This document shows positions 17,792-31,534 of a stretch of DNA of 64,000 bases, piece after piece. The notes under the pieces are model-generated. The model was not told the DNA's origin and did not search any database. It saw only the letters and a program-made list of their open reading frames with translations. The stretch lies in the NCBI RefSeq assembly GCF_006345805.1, contig NC_043023.1, positions 11,408,001-11,472,000 of the forward strand, in the 5' to 3' direction. This DNA is from Octopus sinensis (taxonomy: Eukaryota). Every line of letters begins with the position of its first letter. Position 1 is the first letter of the stretch. The position numbers and the translations under genes are program-made.

Positions 17792-18232
17792 ACTCTCTCT
17801 CTATCCGCTCAGTCGAAGTCGACTCTCGGTTACTCGATGAATCAGTGTTTTCCAGTGAGTTCTATCCTGGGCCGCTTCTTCTAGATTGGCCATGTTGATT
17901 CCGGTATCACTTTTGATGGTGTCAAGCCGGCAGGTTCTTGGTCGGCCTCTTCCTCTCTTGCCACTGACCATTCCGAGCATGATGTCCTTCTCCACATAAT
18001 ATGACCAAAATATGCCAATCTATGCTTGGTGATCCCAGCTTCTAGCGACATTTTAGGCCTGATCTGCTTAAGAACTTCTCCATTGGTGAGCCTCGCTGTC
18101 CATAGAATCTGTAAAAGTCTTCTCCAACACCAAAGCTCGAATGCATTAATTCTCTTCTGGTCAGCTTTCTTTAGTGTCCAGGTCTCGCATCCATATGTTG
18201 CTATTGGGAAGACAACTGCATTCACCAATCTG
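17792..18232 (-). mobile_element. RTE-clade LINE 3' fragment (post-RT C-terminal region), frameshifted
   Basis: Translates as VFPIATYGCETWTLKKADQKRINAFELWCWRRLL...YFGHIM and G.VSGKRGRGRP...W, typical of RTE/BovB-type ORF2 ends. It is inserted in the decayed ZF-D tail. Confidence 0.85.
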
Positions 18233-18302
18233 TATTTATATATACATATACAGCAGAAAAGATATATCTGTGTTAAATCATTCTCTTAAAGGACTTGATA
18301 CA

Positions 18303-18616
18303 CATCATCATCATCATTTAACGTCTGCTTTCCATGCTAGCATGGGTTGCACGAATGACTGAGGGCTGGCGAACCAGGTGGCTGCACCAGGCTTCAACCT
18401 TGATCTGGCAGAGTTTCTACAGCTGGATGCCCTTCCTAACGCCAACCACTCTGAGAGTGCAGTGGGTGCCTTTACGTGCAACTGGCACGGGGCCAGTCAG
18501 GCGGCACTGGCAACGACCTTGCTCGAATCTTTTACACATGCCACCGGCGCAGGTGCTAGGAAGGCGACGCTGGTAACGATCACGCTCGAATGGTGTTTTT
18601 TACGTGCCACCGGCAC
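18303..18616 (-). mobile_element. SINE-like repeat with (GAT)n tail
   Basis: The reverse strand reads ...GTGGTTGGCGTTAGGAAGGGCATCCAGCTGTAGAAAC...ATGCTAGCATGGAAAGCAGACGTTAAATGATGATG. Copies occur at about 20103-20305, 21150-21600, 48100-48450, 48640-49170 and 59640-59860. Confidence 0.75.
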
Positions 18617-19064
18617 ATAGTAAATCCATATCTTTGTAATATGTAGTAAATCATTCTCTTATAGGACTTGACTCAACACGAACATACACAAACAGGAGAA
18701 AGGCCATATTCTGATATCTGGTAAATCATTTTCTAAAAGGTATCACTTGACTAAACACAAGCACAGTAAACACCCAGGTACTTTGTGCACCCGTGTAATT
18801 GACAGAGATGATTTTCAGGATGATATTTGTTTAAAAAAAGTGTCCTACTTATGTAAAATTCTCACCTCAAACCTTTGAGTATTGCCGAGACAGCAATGGA
18901 TAAATGTTTTCAATTTAGTTTTTATTCAGCAGAATTTCACTTACTCCTGATTGGATTTAATTAAATTTTTATTAAATAAAAATAATTTCTATTGAACAGG
19001 TATCACATTGAAATCTATTAAATTACAAAGTGTTTGTGTTGTTTATAATAAACTTGATTTTACA

Positions 19065-19790
19065 CTAGCAGTATAACCCGGCCTTTATTTCAAATCAAAC
19101 TAAGTAATATCGACTCTCAACAAAACACTTTTTTACTGGGCGTAAAATCAAAACAAAACTCTTTCGCACCCAAAGTAATGTGTGAGAGAGAGAGAGGGGG
19201 AGAAAGATGAACGATTTATAATAAATATATTGTAATTGTTGTGTGAGAAAGTATATATACTATGATTATAAAATATAGTGTCTTTCAAAACCATCCTGAA
19301 TTTGAACACTATATCTCGTGTTTAAGAAAAACTAAAACATTTTACATTTTATATTTTATGAACGTCGTCACTCACTCTCTCTCACTTTGTCTTTCCCGTT
19401 TTCAAGAGAGTGCGGATTGAGAGAAGTTAGAAATAAATAAGTGTAAAATGCAGAGCTTATAGAAGTTAGAGGAGAGATAAATAAGGATAAATAATTAAAC
19501 TAAAAGGAAAAACACGTTAGTTTGTGTGTGAAACAACTAAACATATAATTATTAAAACAAAATTATCTTTTAATAACTTTTAGAGTCACTGAATATAATA
19601 TATATAAGGTATAATAATCCCAGATTGCAGAATAAATTTGAAACGCTAAAGCAGTTTCCCTTTGCAATTTCTGGCGAGGAAATCACGTGTCTTCTTTGTG
19701 TCGAGTGAGTGAGAGAGAGAGACAGCGAGTGATTGAGAAATTTCACCTAAACTTTCAATGTTATAACAATATATCATATATAGTATCATC
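19065..19790 (-). mobile_element. Possible non-autonomous Helitron-like element
   Basis: Begins A-CTAG-CAGTATAACCCGG like the Helitron 3' end at 37136; the other boundary is uncertain. Confidence 0.35.
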
Positions 19791-20518
19791 ATTTAACACC
19801 TGCTTTCCATGGGTTAGACAGTTTGACTGAGGACTGGCAACTCACGATAATGAACCAGGCTGCAATCAGTTCTTGGAAGCTGGATGCCCTTCCTAACACC
19901 AAACACTTCAAGAATGTAGTGGTTGCTGAAAACCTTGTATATTTAGAAGTTCTACAGAATTAAACTGTGATTGCTTCCAAGATTTGTTTTACTGATATTG
20001 TTTATACACATGTCATCTGATAGAATTGTTCTGAAAATGTATTTTTTATCGGAATAAATACGTTCATTTCCTTTAACAATTTTACCATAATTAGAAGATT
20101 CAAGCGAGGTCGTTGCCAGTACCGCCTGACTGGCCCCGTGCCAGTTGCATGTAAAAGCACCCACTACACTCTCGGAGTGGTTGGCATTAGGAAGGGCATC
20201 CAGCTGTAGAAACTCTGCCAGATCAAGACTGAAGCCTGGTTCGCCAGCCCTCAGTCATTCGTGCAACCCATGCTATCATGGAAAGCAGATGTTAAACGAT
20301 GATGAATTCTGTTGAGATGCTCTGTGTTTCTTTCAATTAATTTTAAATATAACAAACAGCTTCATAAAATAACTTGGTGGTTATCATTAACCTGGTGTTG
20401 GAACATAAGTTGTGACTAAAGTTTGATGAAAAATTTTAAATCAGAACTCATAAAAACAAGACATTTATTTGTACTACAGAGTCAGAGGGGGTGCCTGCCA
20501 TCTGGGTTGGTATCAAAA

Positions 20519-20733
20519 GGCGGCAAGCTGGCAGAAACGTTAGCACGCCAGGTAAAATGCGTAGCCGTTACGTTCTGAGTTCAAATTCCGCCGAGGTCGA
20601 CTTTGCCTTTCATCCTTTCGGGGTGGATTAAATAAGTACCAGTTACGCACTGGTGTCGATATAATCGACTTAATCCGTGTGTCTGACCTTGTTTGTCCCC
20701 TGTATTTAGCCCCTTGTGGGTAGTAAAGAAATA
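20519..20733 (+). mobile_element. Meta/MESC-like SINE with 10-bp TSD
   Basis: Same family as 4867-5102; GGTATCAAAA at 20509-20518 and 20734-20743. Confidence 0.85.
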
Positions 20734-20849
20734 GGTATCAAAAGTGCTAACATTCCTTTAAATTCCGGGCAACGCTGAGTACTTAGGCTACTATATATGT
20801 GTGTTTGTATGCACGTATATATTTGGGTATGTGTATAAATGTTTTTCCC

Positions 20850-21120
20850 TCAGCCATCGCTTAACTGGTACTGGTGTGTTTATGTCCCTGTCTTGGAGTC
20901 GATTTCTGATTTCTTTATTGCCCACAGGAGCTAAACACAGAGAGGACAAACAGGGACAGGGATTAAGTTGACTACACCAACCCCAGTGAGTAACTGGTAC
21001 TTTATTTATCGACCCCAACAGGATGTAAGGCAAAGTCGACCTCGGTGGAATTTGAACTCAAGAATGTAACACCAGATGAAATACATTTCCCCGGCGTGCG
21101 AACGTTTCTGCCAGCTCAAC
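20850..21120 (-). mobile_element. Meta/MESC-like SINE, reverse copy, joined to a CORE-SINE fragment
   Basis: Contains GGCAAAGTCGACCTCGGTGGAATTTGAACTC, the reverse complement of the family B-box region. Confidence 0.7.
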
Positions 21121-21944
21121 TCAACCTTAGGCTACTACATATATATATGTAGTTCAACTGGGGTCTGGGAAGCCAGAAGGCTGCATCAGGCCCAGTCTGA
21201 TCTGGCAGAGTTTCTACGACTGGATGCCCTTCCTAATGCCAACCACTCCGTGAGTGTAGTGGGTACTTTTTACGTGCCACCTGCACAGGTGCCAGACGAG
21301 GCTGGCAAACGGCCACGGTCGGATGGTGCCTTTTACATATCACCAGCATGGGGGCCAGACGAGGCTGGCAATGGCCACAATCAGATGGTGCATTTTACGT
21401 GCCACCGGCACATAGGCTAGTCGGGGCGGCGCTGGCAACGGCCACGTTCGGATGGTTCTCTTACGTGCCATTGGCACTGGTATTGCAGCTACAATTGCCA
21501 TTGATGTTGATCGATTTCGATTTTCATTTTCACTTGCCTCAACAGGTCGTCACAAGAAGGAAAGGTATGCATAAGTGGGCTGGCTACATCCCAGGTAGAA
21601 GAATCCAGAATGTATATCTATATGTATTTGGGTATGTGTCTGTGTCCTTTTTTTTCACCTGCCACGGGCTTAACCATTGGTACTGGTGTGATTATCTCAC
21701 AGTAACTACGGATTAGTAAAAGTCACCGATAAAATTAGTACTAGACTTACAAAGACTAAGTCTTGAGGTCGATTTCTTCCACTAACAACCTTGAAGAAGG
21801 TGCTCCAGCATGGCCTCAATCAAATGATTGAAACACGTCAAAGAATAAAAGATTACACATAAATTTCAGGAGCAAATAGAAACAAGGCATTTGAATAACA
21901 AGACCACCCCCATAGAGTTGGGGATTCCATACCTGTACTTTAAC

Positions 21945-23011
21945 AGTGTGTAAGGACATGTAACATCAGCACCAAAAGGGTCACCAAATCCCCAGGTGAC
22001 AAAAAAATCCCACAACAGGGAGGTGGCCAGCTAGTATTGAACGGGTGTGCCATTGTGCCAGTTAAGAGATTTAAGGTATAGAGGAGACAGTGTCCAGATA
22101 TTGAGTAACAAAACAAACACAAAATGGTCTAACTTTTATTCTGATTTTTCATTCATTATTCTTTTCTAGCAAATTCCTCAAAATCCAAACGCAGGCATTT
22201 TTAGCAATCAAGTTAACTCAGAGTCAATATTTTTACAGATTATGACAGGTTTGACGTTCACACTGACGGTATTCAAATTGATGATGGGAAAAACCCTGAA
22301 TGACAGCTGACAAAACAGACTTCATTGTTGTAATGTTTTAATAAATCCTGGCATTGGTACAGTTACAATTGTTGTGAATACCCAGGTGGATGGATGTAGC
22401 TTTTTTCAAGAGAATGGTTTAGCACAGATGTCACTCTGACCTGGCTTCTCTCCTCTAGGAATGTATTCATTTACAGTTAAGTCTATGAGAGAAGGATTTA
22501 CAATAGATTTGACCATGATGTAGATTTTGTGTGGTATGAAAATGTACATTCGCAAGAGAATGATTTACCTCAGGTGTCACAATGATAATGGCTTCTCTCC
22601 AGCATGAATATGTTTGTTACTAGTTAAATCACAATTTTCAGAAAAGAATTTATCACAGATATCACAGCGATATGGTTTTTCCCTCGTATGAATGTATCTG
22701 AAATTCGTTAAATGATAATTTTGAGAAAATGTTTCATCATAGATATCACATGGATATGGCTTTTATCCTGCACGTATATATTTATGCTGAGTCAAGTTAG
22801 TCCTTTGAGAGAATGATTTACCACAGATGTCACAATGATATGGCTTTTCTCCCGTATGTGTGCGTTTGTGCTTAGTCAAATCACACCTTTGAGGGAATGA
22901 TTTACAACAAATATCACACTGATATGGCTTTACACCTGTATGTCTTCGTTTATGAACAGTGAAGCTACTCCTTTGAGAGAATGATTTACCACAGATATCA
23001 CAATGATATGG
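21945..23011 (-). pseudogene. Post-stop finger remnants and 3' UTR of ZF-E
   Basis: About 3 in-frame fingers follow the TAG, then GGA-TAA and progressively degenerate fingers. Confidence 0.8.
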
Positions 23012-24097
23012 CTATTCTCCTGTATGCGTGCGTTTGTGTTTAGTCAAGTGACCCATTTGACAGAATGATTGGCCACAGATATCACAATGATATGGCTTTT
23101 CTCCTGTATGTGTAAGTTTGTGCCGAGTCAAGTCATTACGTTTAGAGAATGATTTACCACAGATATCACAATGATAAGGCTTTTCTCCCGTATGTGTATA
23201 TTTGTGATGAGTCAATTCACACCTTTGAGAGAATGATTTACAACAAATATCACACTGATATGGCTTTTCTCCTGTATGTGTATGTTTATGAACAGTCAAG
23301 CTATTCCTTTGAGAGAATGATTTACCACAGATATCACAATGATATGGCTTTTCTCCTGTATGTGTATGCTTGTGTTCAGCCAAGGTATTCTTTAAAGAGA
23401 ATGATTTACCACAGATATCACAGTGGTAAGGCTTTTCTCCTGTATGTGTACGTTTGTGTCTTGTCACGTCCCAACTGCGAGAGAATGATTTATTACAGAT
23501 ATCACAGAAATATTGTTTCTCTCTCATATCTGGGTCTTTTGGTTTAATTGAATTATTCATATGTGAATGTTTGTGCCAAGTCAAGTAAATCCTTCGAAGG
23601 AATGATTTAGTACAGATATCGCATTGATATGGCTTTTCTCCTGTATGTGTACGCTTGTGCAGAGTCAAGGTAATCCTTTGAGTGAATGATTTACCACAGA
23701 TATCACATTGATATGGCTTTTCTCCTGTATGTGTATATTTGTGTTGGGTCAAGTGAATCCTTTGAGAGAATGATTTACCACAGATATCACAATGATATGG
23801 CTTTTCTCCTGTATGTGTACGCTTGTGTGTAGTCAATTCACTCATTTGAGAGAATGATTTACCACAGATATCACAACGATATGGCTTTTCTCCCGTATGT
23901 GTATATTTGTGTTTAGTCAAGGTACTGCTGTCAGAAAATGATTTATCACAGATATCACAATGATAAGGCCTTTCTCCTGTATGTGTACGTTTGTGTCTAG
24001 TCACCTCCCAACTTTGAGCGAATGATTTACCACAGATATCACAGAAATATTGTTTCTCTCTTGTATCTGGGTCTTTTGGTTTAATTGAATTATTCAT
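23012..24097 (-). CDS. ZF-E: 12-finger chimeric C2H2 array with an internal second N-terminal leader
   Basis: ORF track 23012-24127 (GTG); the family ATG is at 24097. A second [18 protein letters not shown] begins at ATG 23560. The ORF ends at AAG>TAG in a linker. Confidence 0.85.
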   Translation of the reverse strand: MNNSIKPKDPDTREKQYFCDICGKSFAQSWEVTRHKRTHTGERPYHCDICDKSFSDSSTLTKHKYTHTGEKPYRCDICGKSFSQMSELTTHKRTHTGEKPYHCDICGKSFSQRIHLTQHKYTHTGEKPYQCDICGKSFTQRITLTLHKRTHTGEKPYQCDICTKSFLRRIYLTWHKHSHMNNSIKPKDPDMREKQYFCDICNKSFSRSWDVTRHKRTHTGEKPYHCDICGKSFSLKNTLAEHKHTHTGEKPYHCDICGKSFSQRNSLTVHKHTHTGEKPYQCDICCKSFSQRCELTHHKYTHTGEKPYHCDICGKSFSKRNDLTRHKLTHTGEKPYHCDICGQSFCQMGHLTKHKRTHTGE

Positions 24098-24305
24098 TAT
24101 GACAGAATAATTAATTATACATATCACAATAATAATGTTTCCTTCATCTCTATAAACATCTTGGATTTCAGTTCTGAAACTTTTTCCAGAAAAGAATTTG
24201 AAGCTGTGTTTCTTTCTTCTGTGATCTTAATTTGATCTCAAGTTTCTTTCTTCTGTGATCTTAATGTGATCTCAAGTTTCTTGTGGGTCAACATAAGGTG
24301 ATATT

Positions 24306-26021
24306 CTGAAATAGGAAAAGAAACATCAAGATAAAGAGAATAGTTAAATGATACACTAATTCAATGTTGCAAATTTTACAACATGAACACTCATCGATTA
24401 AATGTTTTTAGGGGTCAGAGTTCATTGAAAGCATGGCATAACGACATAAATGTGTTACACCCTAAATTCGTTTCCTCATACCTTTAAAAAAGAATCAATG
24501 TTTGATATATCCAAGACGAGGAAGCATATTTTCTCAATGTTTCTGTTTTCACTTCTATGTGATGACTGTAACTTCGAAGGGTTTATATAATCCTAAGAGA
24601 GGATAAGAATTCATGACTCAATTATTAGTCATCTTTCCTAGCATGCTTCGTTTATTATTTAAATTTACTATTTTATTTCTTAATAAGTGTATTAATGAAT
24701 AATAATATATTAAATAAATTTAACGAACAAGTGAGTCAAGGATTCTGGTCAACCGTGTATTATTTAGAGGAAGAATCATTTGCTTATCGAACAAAACGCT
24801 TAACAGCATCTCGTTCTTCTCTAGTTTTGTTAAGCGGCATTTAATCGTTTTTCAGTCTCAGACTTATCAAGATTCTTTTGTTAGTTTCAGTGAGCACGAG
24901 AGCACGTGTTGTCAGCACTAAATTAATGAAATATCATCAGTAATATGGCTTTTTTGACATCGATCTCGTTTTCTTCTTAGAAATTTACATACACAAACGA
25001 AGCAGGTAAGAAGGAACCCTAGCCGCATACACACACATGCACAGAAATGCATACATACATCTATAACTTGGACATTATAAATATGCAAGGCTTTTCTCAA
25101 GTTTAAACTGCGACATTGATTTTGTTATCTACATTCCACACAAATACAGAGAAGAAATATGTATGTGCATCGAGAGAGCATTATTAGTGATAATATTTCA
25201 TGTGTTTATAGTTGACAGCATGTGCTATAACGAAAGGGGGACTAACGAATGAATCTTGACAAAAGGATGTCTAGCATAGAAGTTCCCGAGGAAAAACTGA
25301 ATTTATTTCAAAAGGATTATATTTTAGTCAAAGTTACGAGGGAAAAACTTGGATCTTGTGAATTTTCCGAAGTCCTAACCCCACCCCGTTGCTTTCAAAG
25401 CATTTTTGTTTTCAGATTCGTTCCCTACGTGGATGTGAAATAGAAAGACGTCCATTTTCCTCAAAGTTACGAGGGAAAAACATCAGATTTTCCAAAGTCC
25501 TCTCCTGACCCAATCGCAAAGATTTTCCCCATAAATTTCTTTATAATCGTGAGCTATACCGTTTGAAACGTATTTATATGAAATTTCATTTACAAAAAAA
25601 CCCCATTTTCCTAAAAGTTACGAGGGAAAACCTTCGGAGCTTGTCAATTTTCCGAAGGCCTCTCACTCTTATTGCTTTCTGCACATTTTTTCTTCAGATC
25701 CCTTTTCTACCCCTTTTTTTATACCCGTTGCACTATTTCTTTTTCTCAATTTCCTCTCCGGGTAACAACGTCAACATTACCCTTAATTTCCTTTATACCC
25801 CATGTAACAGTGGATTATAGGTTCCCATAAACCACAGATCAACATTTCAGTTTGGAAGTTCTTCAGACCAACAAATCTATTTTCCTAATTGTTGTCAGGT
25901 TCCCGTTTTGAAATAATTACTCCAACATCCAGAGAAGTTCACAGAAATCTATTATCTTCCATTATCATTAGTAGTATTATTATCATGATTACAGCCTTAA
26001 AGGAAATCTTGATCAACTTAC
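24306..26021 (-). other. Putative 5'-UTR intron of ZF-E
   Basis: Donor GG|GTAAGT at 26021 and acceptor at 24306; inverted paralog of the ZF-B intron. Confidence 0.65.
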
Positions 26022-26147
26022 CCGATCCAGATATATACAACGAGTCAGTGAGGAGTAATTAATCAACGTAAGTAAGAATTTAATTGGCGCGAAGGTCAAA
26101 TGCTGCTGGAGTTGTTTCCCCTTAAATAATTATATTACAGCACTTAT

Positions 26148-26163
26148 CCTATAGATGGCGTTA
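26148..26163 (+). promoter_or_regulatory. CTCF-like motif, ZF-E promoter cassette
   Basis: CCTATAGATGGCGTTA, 127 bp from the donor. Confidence 0.5.
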
Positions 26164-26469
26164 CTCACTGGTGTCAATTTTGATTCTTTCAACCGCAAAA
26201 TTTTTAATGCGAAAAAAAAAACGAATCTCGGGTTTTTTGCGGGGAATCAAATACCCTGACCCTTAATATGCTGCAAACTCCTCATTTATATTCAGAAAAA
26301 AGGGTTGGGTGAGAAACCACACACCATTCCGGAATCACTTTAAATTTTTTCTTTTTATAGAATAAATTCTGGTGACCTACTAATATCTCACAAAACCTGT
26401 TTTTGTGGTTTGGAAGACGGGATGGGGTGTGGTGGAAGCCTCAGACATTTTCATAGAAAAAGCACCTTC

Positions 26470-26664
26470 TTGATGTAAATAATTTTTGGTGTTAATATGG
26501 TCCCATTTTAATTTTTTCTTCTACGGAAGGAAGAGCAATCCTTCTTCTATCATACTCTCAAATTTGGTCAACTTGCGCCGCAGGGTCTCGGAGGAGATAG
26601 TGTTAGTTGAAGGCTACCAAACCTGCCACACACAGACAGCTTCAGCTTTATATATAGAGAGAGA
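26470..26664 (-). mobile_element. Helitron-like 5' fragment
   Basis: Ends CACACACAGACAGCTTCAGCTTTATATATAGAGAGAGAT, similar to the terminus of 37136-37648. Confidence 0.45.
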
Positions 26665-27169
26665 TTAAATACACAACCGAAAAAGTTACTACTAGTTACA
26701 TGCTTTTATGACGCTTGAACAGGTATATTTATAAAATGCACCATGTATCTTAAAAAAACAAACCAAATCTGACTGGAACATGGAGCAGCACTCTGGCTTG
26801 CCAATTCATGTCACACTTTCCCATCCATGCCTGCATAGAAAATAGACATTAAAGGATGATGAAGATGATGATGATGTTGATGATGAAAACACAACAAAGA
26901 CAAAACCAATGTCACTTAAAACTTTTATTCCTTATTCCCATTCCTTTATTCTCTCAAAACAAATTCCTCAAAAATCCAGCACAATCATCTTCAGAAATCA
27001 AAGTCATCTCTGTGTTGATATACTCAGATATATAAATGATATTGAAGTTGGTAATGTCAAGCTTGAACAAAAACAAAAACCCATGTCTTTTAATAGACAA
27101 AATATTCATAATTGTTCTCATGTTATAAATTTTGATATTGATACTGTTACACTTGTGTATGAATACTCA

Positions 27170-27859
<690 letters not shown>

Positions 27860-27930
27860 TCAGAAAAGGATTTAACACAGGTGTCTCAATGATATGGCTT
27901 TTCTCCTGTATGAACACGTTTGTGACTAGT

Positions 27931-30210
27931 TTAAATGCAATTTTGAGAGAATGATTCACCACAGATATCACACTGATATGGTTTTTCCCCAGTATGAATA
28001 CGTTTGTGCCTCTCCAAGTCACTATTTCTACAGAATGATTTACCACAGATATTACAAAGATATGCTTTCTCTCTTTTATGTGTAGGTTTGTGCTTTGTCA
28101 AGTCATCACTTTGAGAGAATGATTTACCACAGATATCACACTGATATGGTTTTTTCCCAGTATGAATACGTTTGTGTTGAATCAACTGGCTATTTCGAGA
28201 GAATGATTTACCACAGATATTGCACTGAAATGGCTTCTCTCCTGTATGTGTAGGCTTGTGATTAGTCAAGTGAGTGCTTTGAGAGAATGATTGACCACAG
28301 ATATCACACTGATATGGTTTTTCCCCAGTATGAATACGGTTGTGTTGAATCAAGTGGCTATTTCGAGAGAACGATTTACCACAGATATTGCACTGAAATG
28401 GCTTCTCTCCTGTAGGAATACATCTGTGACTAGTCAAGTCATCACTTTGAGAGAAAGACTTACCACAGATATTGCAGTGATATGGTTTCTCTCCTGTATG
28501 GGTACGCTTGTGTTCAATCAAGCTACCACTTTGAGAGAATGATTTACTACAGATATTACAATGATATGGTTTTTCTCCTGTATGAGTACGTTTGTGTCTA
28601 GTCAAATCACCACTTTGAGAGAATGATTTACCACAGATATCACATTGATATGGTTTTTCCCCAGTATGAATATGTTTATGTTGAATCAAGTGGCTATTTC
28701 GAGAGAACGATTTATCACAGATATTGCACTGAAATGGCTTCTCTCCTGTATGTGTGGGTCTGTGACTAGTCAAGTGATCACTTTGAGAAAATGATTTACC
28801 ACAGACATCACAGTGATGGGGTTTCTCTCCTGTATGAATGCATTTGTGTTTAGTTAAGTCTCTTTCTTCAGTGAATGATTTACAACAAATATCACAATGA
28901 TATGGCTTCTCTCCTGTATGAACACATTTGTGACGAGTAAGAATGCTATTTTGAGAGAATGATTTACCACGGATATCACACTGATATGGTCTTTCACCAT
29001 TATGAATACGTTTATGTCTACATAATTCGCTATTACAAGTGAATGATTTACCACAGATATTACAAAGATATGCTTTCTTTCTTTTATGTGTAGGTTTGTG
29101 CTTAGTCAAGTCATCACTTTGAGAGAATGATTTACCACAGATATCACAATGATATGGTTTTTCCCCAGTATGAATACGTTCGTGTTGAACCCACTGGCTA
29201 CTTCGAGAGAACGATCTATCACAGATATTGCACTGAAATGGCTTCTCTCCTGTATGTGTAGGCTTGTGATTAGTCAAGTGAGTGCTTTGAGAGAATGATT
29301 GACCACAGATATCACACTGATAGGGTTTTTCCCCAGTATGAATACGGTTGTGTTGAATCAAGTGGCTATTTCGAGAGAACGATTTATCACAGATATTGCA
29401 CTGAAATGGCTTCTCTCCTGTATGTGTGGGTCTGTGACTAGTCAAGTCATCACTTTGAGAGAAAGACTTACCACAGATATTGCAATGATATGGCTTCTCT
29501 CCTGTATGGGTACGCTTGTGTTCAATCAAGTTACCACTTTGAGAGAATGATTTACTACAGATATTACAATGATATGGTTTTTCTCCTGTATGAGTACGTC
29601 TGTGTCTAGTCAAGTCACCACTTTGAGAAAATGATTCACCACAGATATCACACTGATAAGGTTTTTCCCCAGTATGAATACGTTGGTGTTGAATCAAGTG
29701 GCTAATTCGAGAGAACGATTTACCACAGATATTGCACTGAAATGGCTTCTCTCCTGTATGTGTAGGTCTGTGACTAGTCAAGTGATCACTTTGAGAAAAT
29801 GATTTACCACAGACATCACAGTGATGGGGTTTCTCTCCTGTATGAATGCATTTGTGTTTAGTTAAGTCTCTTTCTTCAGTGAATGATTTACAACAAATAT
29901 CACAATGATATGGCTTCTCTCCTGTATGAACACGTTTGTGACGAGTTAAAATGCTATTTTGAGAGAATGATTTACCACAGATATCACACTGATATGGTTT
30001 TTCCCCAGTATGAATACGTTTGTGTTGAATCAAGTGGCTATTTCGAGAGAATGATTTACCACAGATATTGCACTGAAATGGCTTCTCTCCTGTATGAACA
30101 CATTTGTGACTATTGAAAGCACTATTTGCAGAAAATAATTTATCACAGATATCACAACAATACAGTTTCTCTTCTGTATCAGAATTGTTCAGTTTAATTA
30201 AATCATTCAT
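27931..30210 (-). CDS. ZF-F: 26-finger C2H2 array with a duplicated 12-finger block
   Basis: ORF track 27931-30270; the family ATG (MNDLIK) is at 30210. There is a 1008-bp internal period, and the ORF ends at a TTA>TAA nonsense change. Confidence 0.9.
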   Translation of the reverse strand: MNDLIKLNNSDTEEKLYCCDICDKLFSANSAFNSHKCVHTGEKPFQCNICGKSFSRNSHLIQHKRIHTGEKPYQCDICGKSFSQNSILTRHKRVHTGEKPYHCDICCKSFTEERDLTKHKCIHTGEKPHHCDVCGKSFSQSDHLTSHRPTHTGEKPFQCNICGKSFSRISHLIQHQRIHTGEKPYQCDICGESFSQSGDLTRHRRTHTGEKPYHCNICSKSFSQSGNLIEHKRTHTGEKPYHCNICGKSFSQSDDLTSHRPTHTGEKPFQCNICDKSFSRNSHLIQHNRIHTGEKPYQCDICGQSFSQSTHLTNHKPTHTGEKPFQCNICDRSFSRSSQWVQHERIHTGEKPYHCDICGKSFSQSDDLTKHKPTHKRKKAYLCNICGKSFTCNSELCRHKRIHNGERPYQCDIRGKSFSQNSILTRHKCVHTGEKPYHCDICCKSFTEERDLTKHKCIHTGEKPHHCDVCGKSFSQSDHLTSHRPTHTGEKPFQCNICDKSFSRNSHLIQHKHIHTGEKPYQCDICGKSFSQSGDLTRHKRTHTGEKPYHCNICSKSFSQSGSLIEHKRTHTGEKPYHCNICGKSFSQSDDLTSHRCIPTGEKPFQCNICGKSFSRNSHLIQHNRIHTGEKPYQCDICGQSFSQSTHLTNHKPTHTGEKPFQCNICGKSFSRNSQLIQHKRIHTGKKPYQCDICGKSFSQSDDLTKHKPTHKREKAYLCNICGKSFCRNSDLERHKRIHTGEKPYQCDICGESFSQNCI

Positions 30211-30212
30211 TA

Positions 30213-30575
30213 TCTCTCTATATATAAACGGCAAAATGTCTGTGTGTGTGTCCTTTGTACAAATCCACAATTTTTCAGTTAGAGGGCTCGCACTTTCTAT
30301 GGTTATTCAAAACCGTCCAAGGGTGGTCGTGCACATCTTTACATTTCCCCAGTCACCCTGCAAAGCCATTAAAAATCAATAGAATTGACTTTTTTGTGAA
30401 TTTTCTATCCAAATCCCAATCAAAATGCCCAAAACTTGATATGCCAATTGAATGCCAGCTAGCTGTATGTGATTGGTTGGAGATTCGGACAGTACTCACG
30501 TTTATGTGTGCACGTACACAGCTGTATATGCATGCACTAGCATTATGACCCAGTGTTGCCGGGTCATATTGCTAG
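30213..30575 (+). mobile_element. Non-autonomous Helitron inserted 2 bp upstream of the ZF-F ATG
   Basis: 5' A|TCTCTCTATATATAAA. The 3' end has a TGACCCAG...CCGGGTCA hairpin followed by CTAG. No TSD is seen, and the flanks rejoin into the paralogous leader. Confidence 0.7.
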
Positions 30576-31200
30576 ACAAAGAATAATTTGTTATACATAT
30601 GACAATGACTGTGCTTGTTTTATTTCTACGAATGTTTGTGTTTAGTTGTGTCACAATCTTCAGACAAAAATTTAGTGTCGTGTTTCTTTCATCTGTCATC
30701 TTAAGATCTGAAACTGCAAATGTAAACTGATAACTCTTTTATAAAGTTATCCAAGTTTACTGAAACTGTAAAACGATCACCTCGTCTACATTCCATTATC
30801 ATTTCTATGTTTGCGTTCATTTGTGTCACTATTTTTAGAGAGTAATTAATCAAAGCTTAATTAATCTGTAAATTGATGATCTCCTCTACATTCCAGACAA
30901 GAAAATGTTGGTGTTAATTCTATTCTCCAGAAGAAATATTTTCCTATTGTTCGTCGAAGATTTTATTCATACAAAGAAGTTGATGTATTGATGAATGCTC
31001 CTTATAAATATATCGTCTTCCTTTAATTGATGAAAGTCAATCAAAATATCAGAGCCACGTCTGAATGAGGTAATTTCTTTTATGTCAACATGATGTGGTA
31101 TTCTGAAAAAGGAAAAGAATAAGCAAGAAAAAGAGGATTGTTAAGTGACATAGTAATTCAACATTGCAAATTATATAATATCATCTGTGATCTTATTTAA

Positions 31201-31345
31201 CCCTTTCATTACTGTATTTATTTTGAGATGCTCTGTGTTTCTTTCAATTACTTTAAATATAACAAAGAATTTAGTAAAATAACTTAGTTATCATTCAGCT
31301 AGAGTTAGGAACATAAATTGTGACTAAGGTTTGGTGGAAGATTTT
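31201..31345 (+). mobile_element. piggyBac-like MITE end
   Basis: TTAA|CCCTTTCATTAC. A related sequence in the opposite orientation starts TTAA|CCCTTTTGTTAC at 51960, and an internal copy lies at about 20308-20470. Confidence 0.45.
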
Positions 31346-31534
31346 AATTCAGAACTTTGCCCAACCACATGGTGACAGGGATGTAAACAAACTAACACAC
31401 AGAGTCAAGAGGTGTGTGGCAGGGAGGTGGACAAACAGAGACACACAGACATAATTGTATAAATGATACTTTCCCTGTACCAAATCCCCTCAGAAGGTTT
31501 AGTTAGCTCAGGGCTAAAGTAGAAGACACTTATT

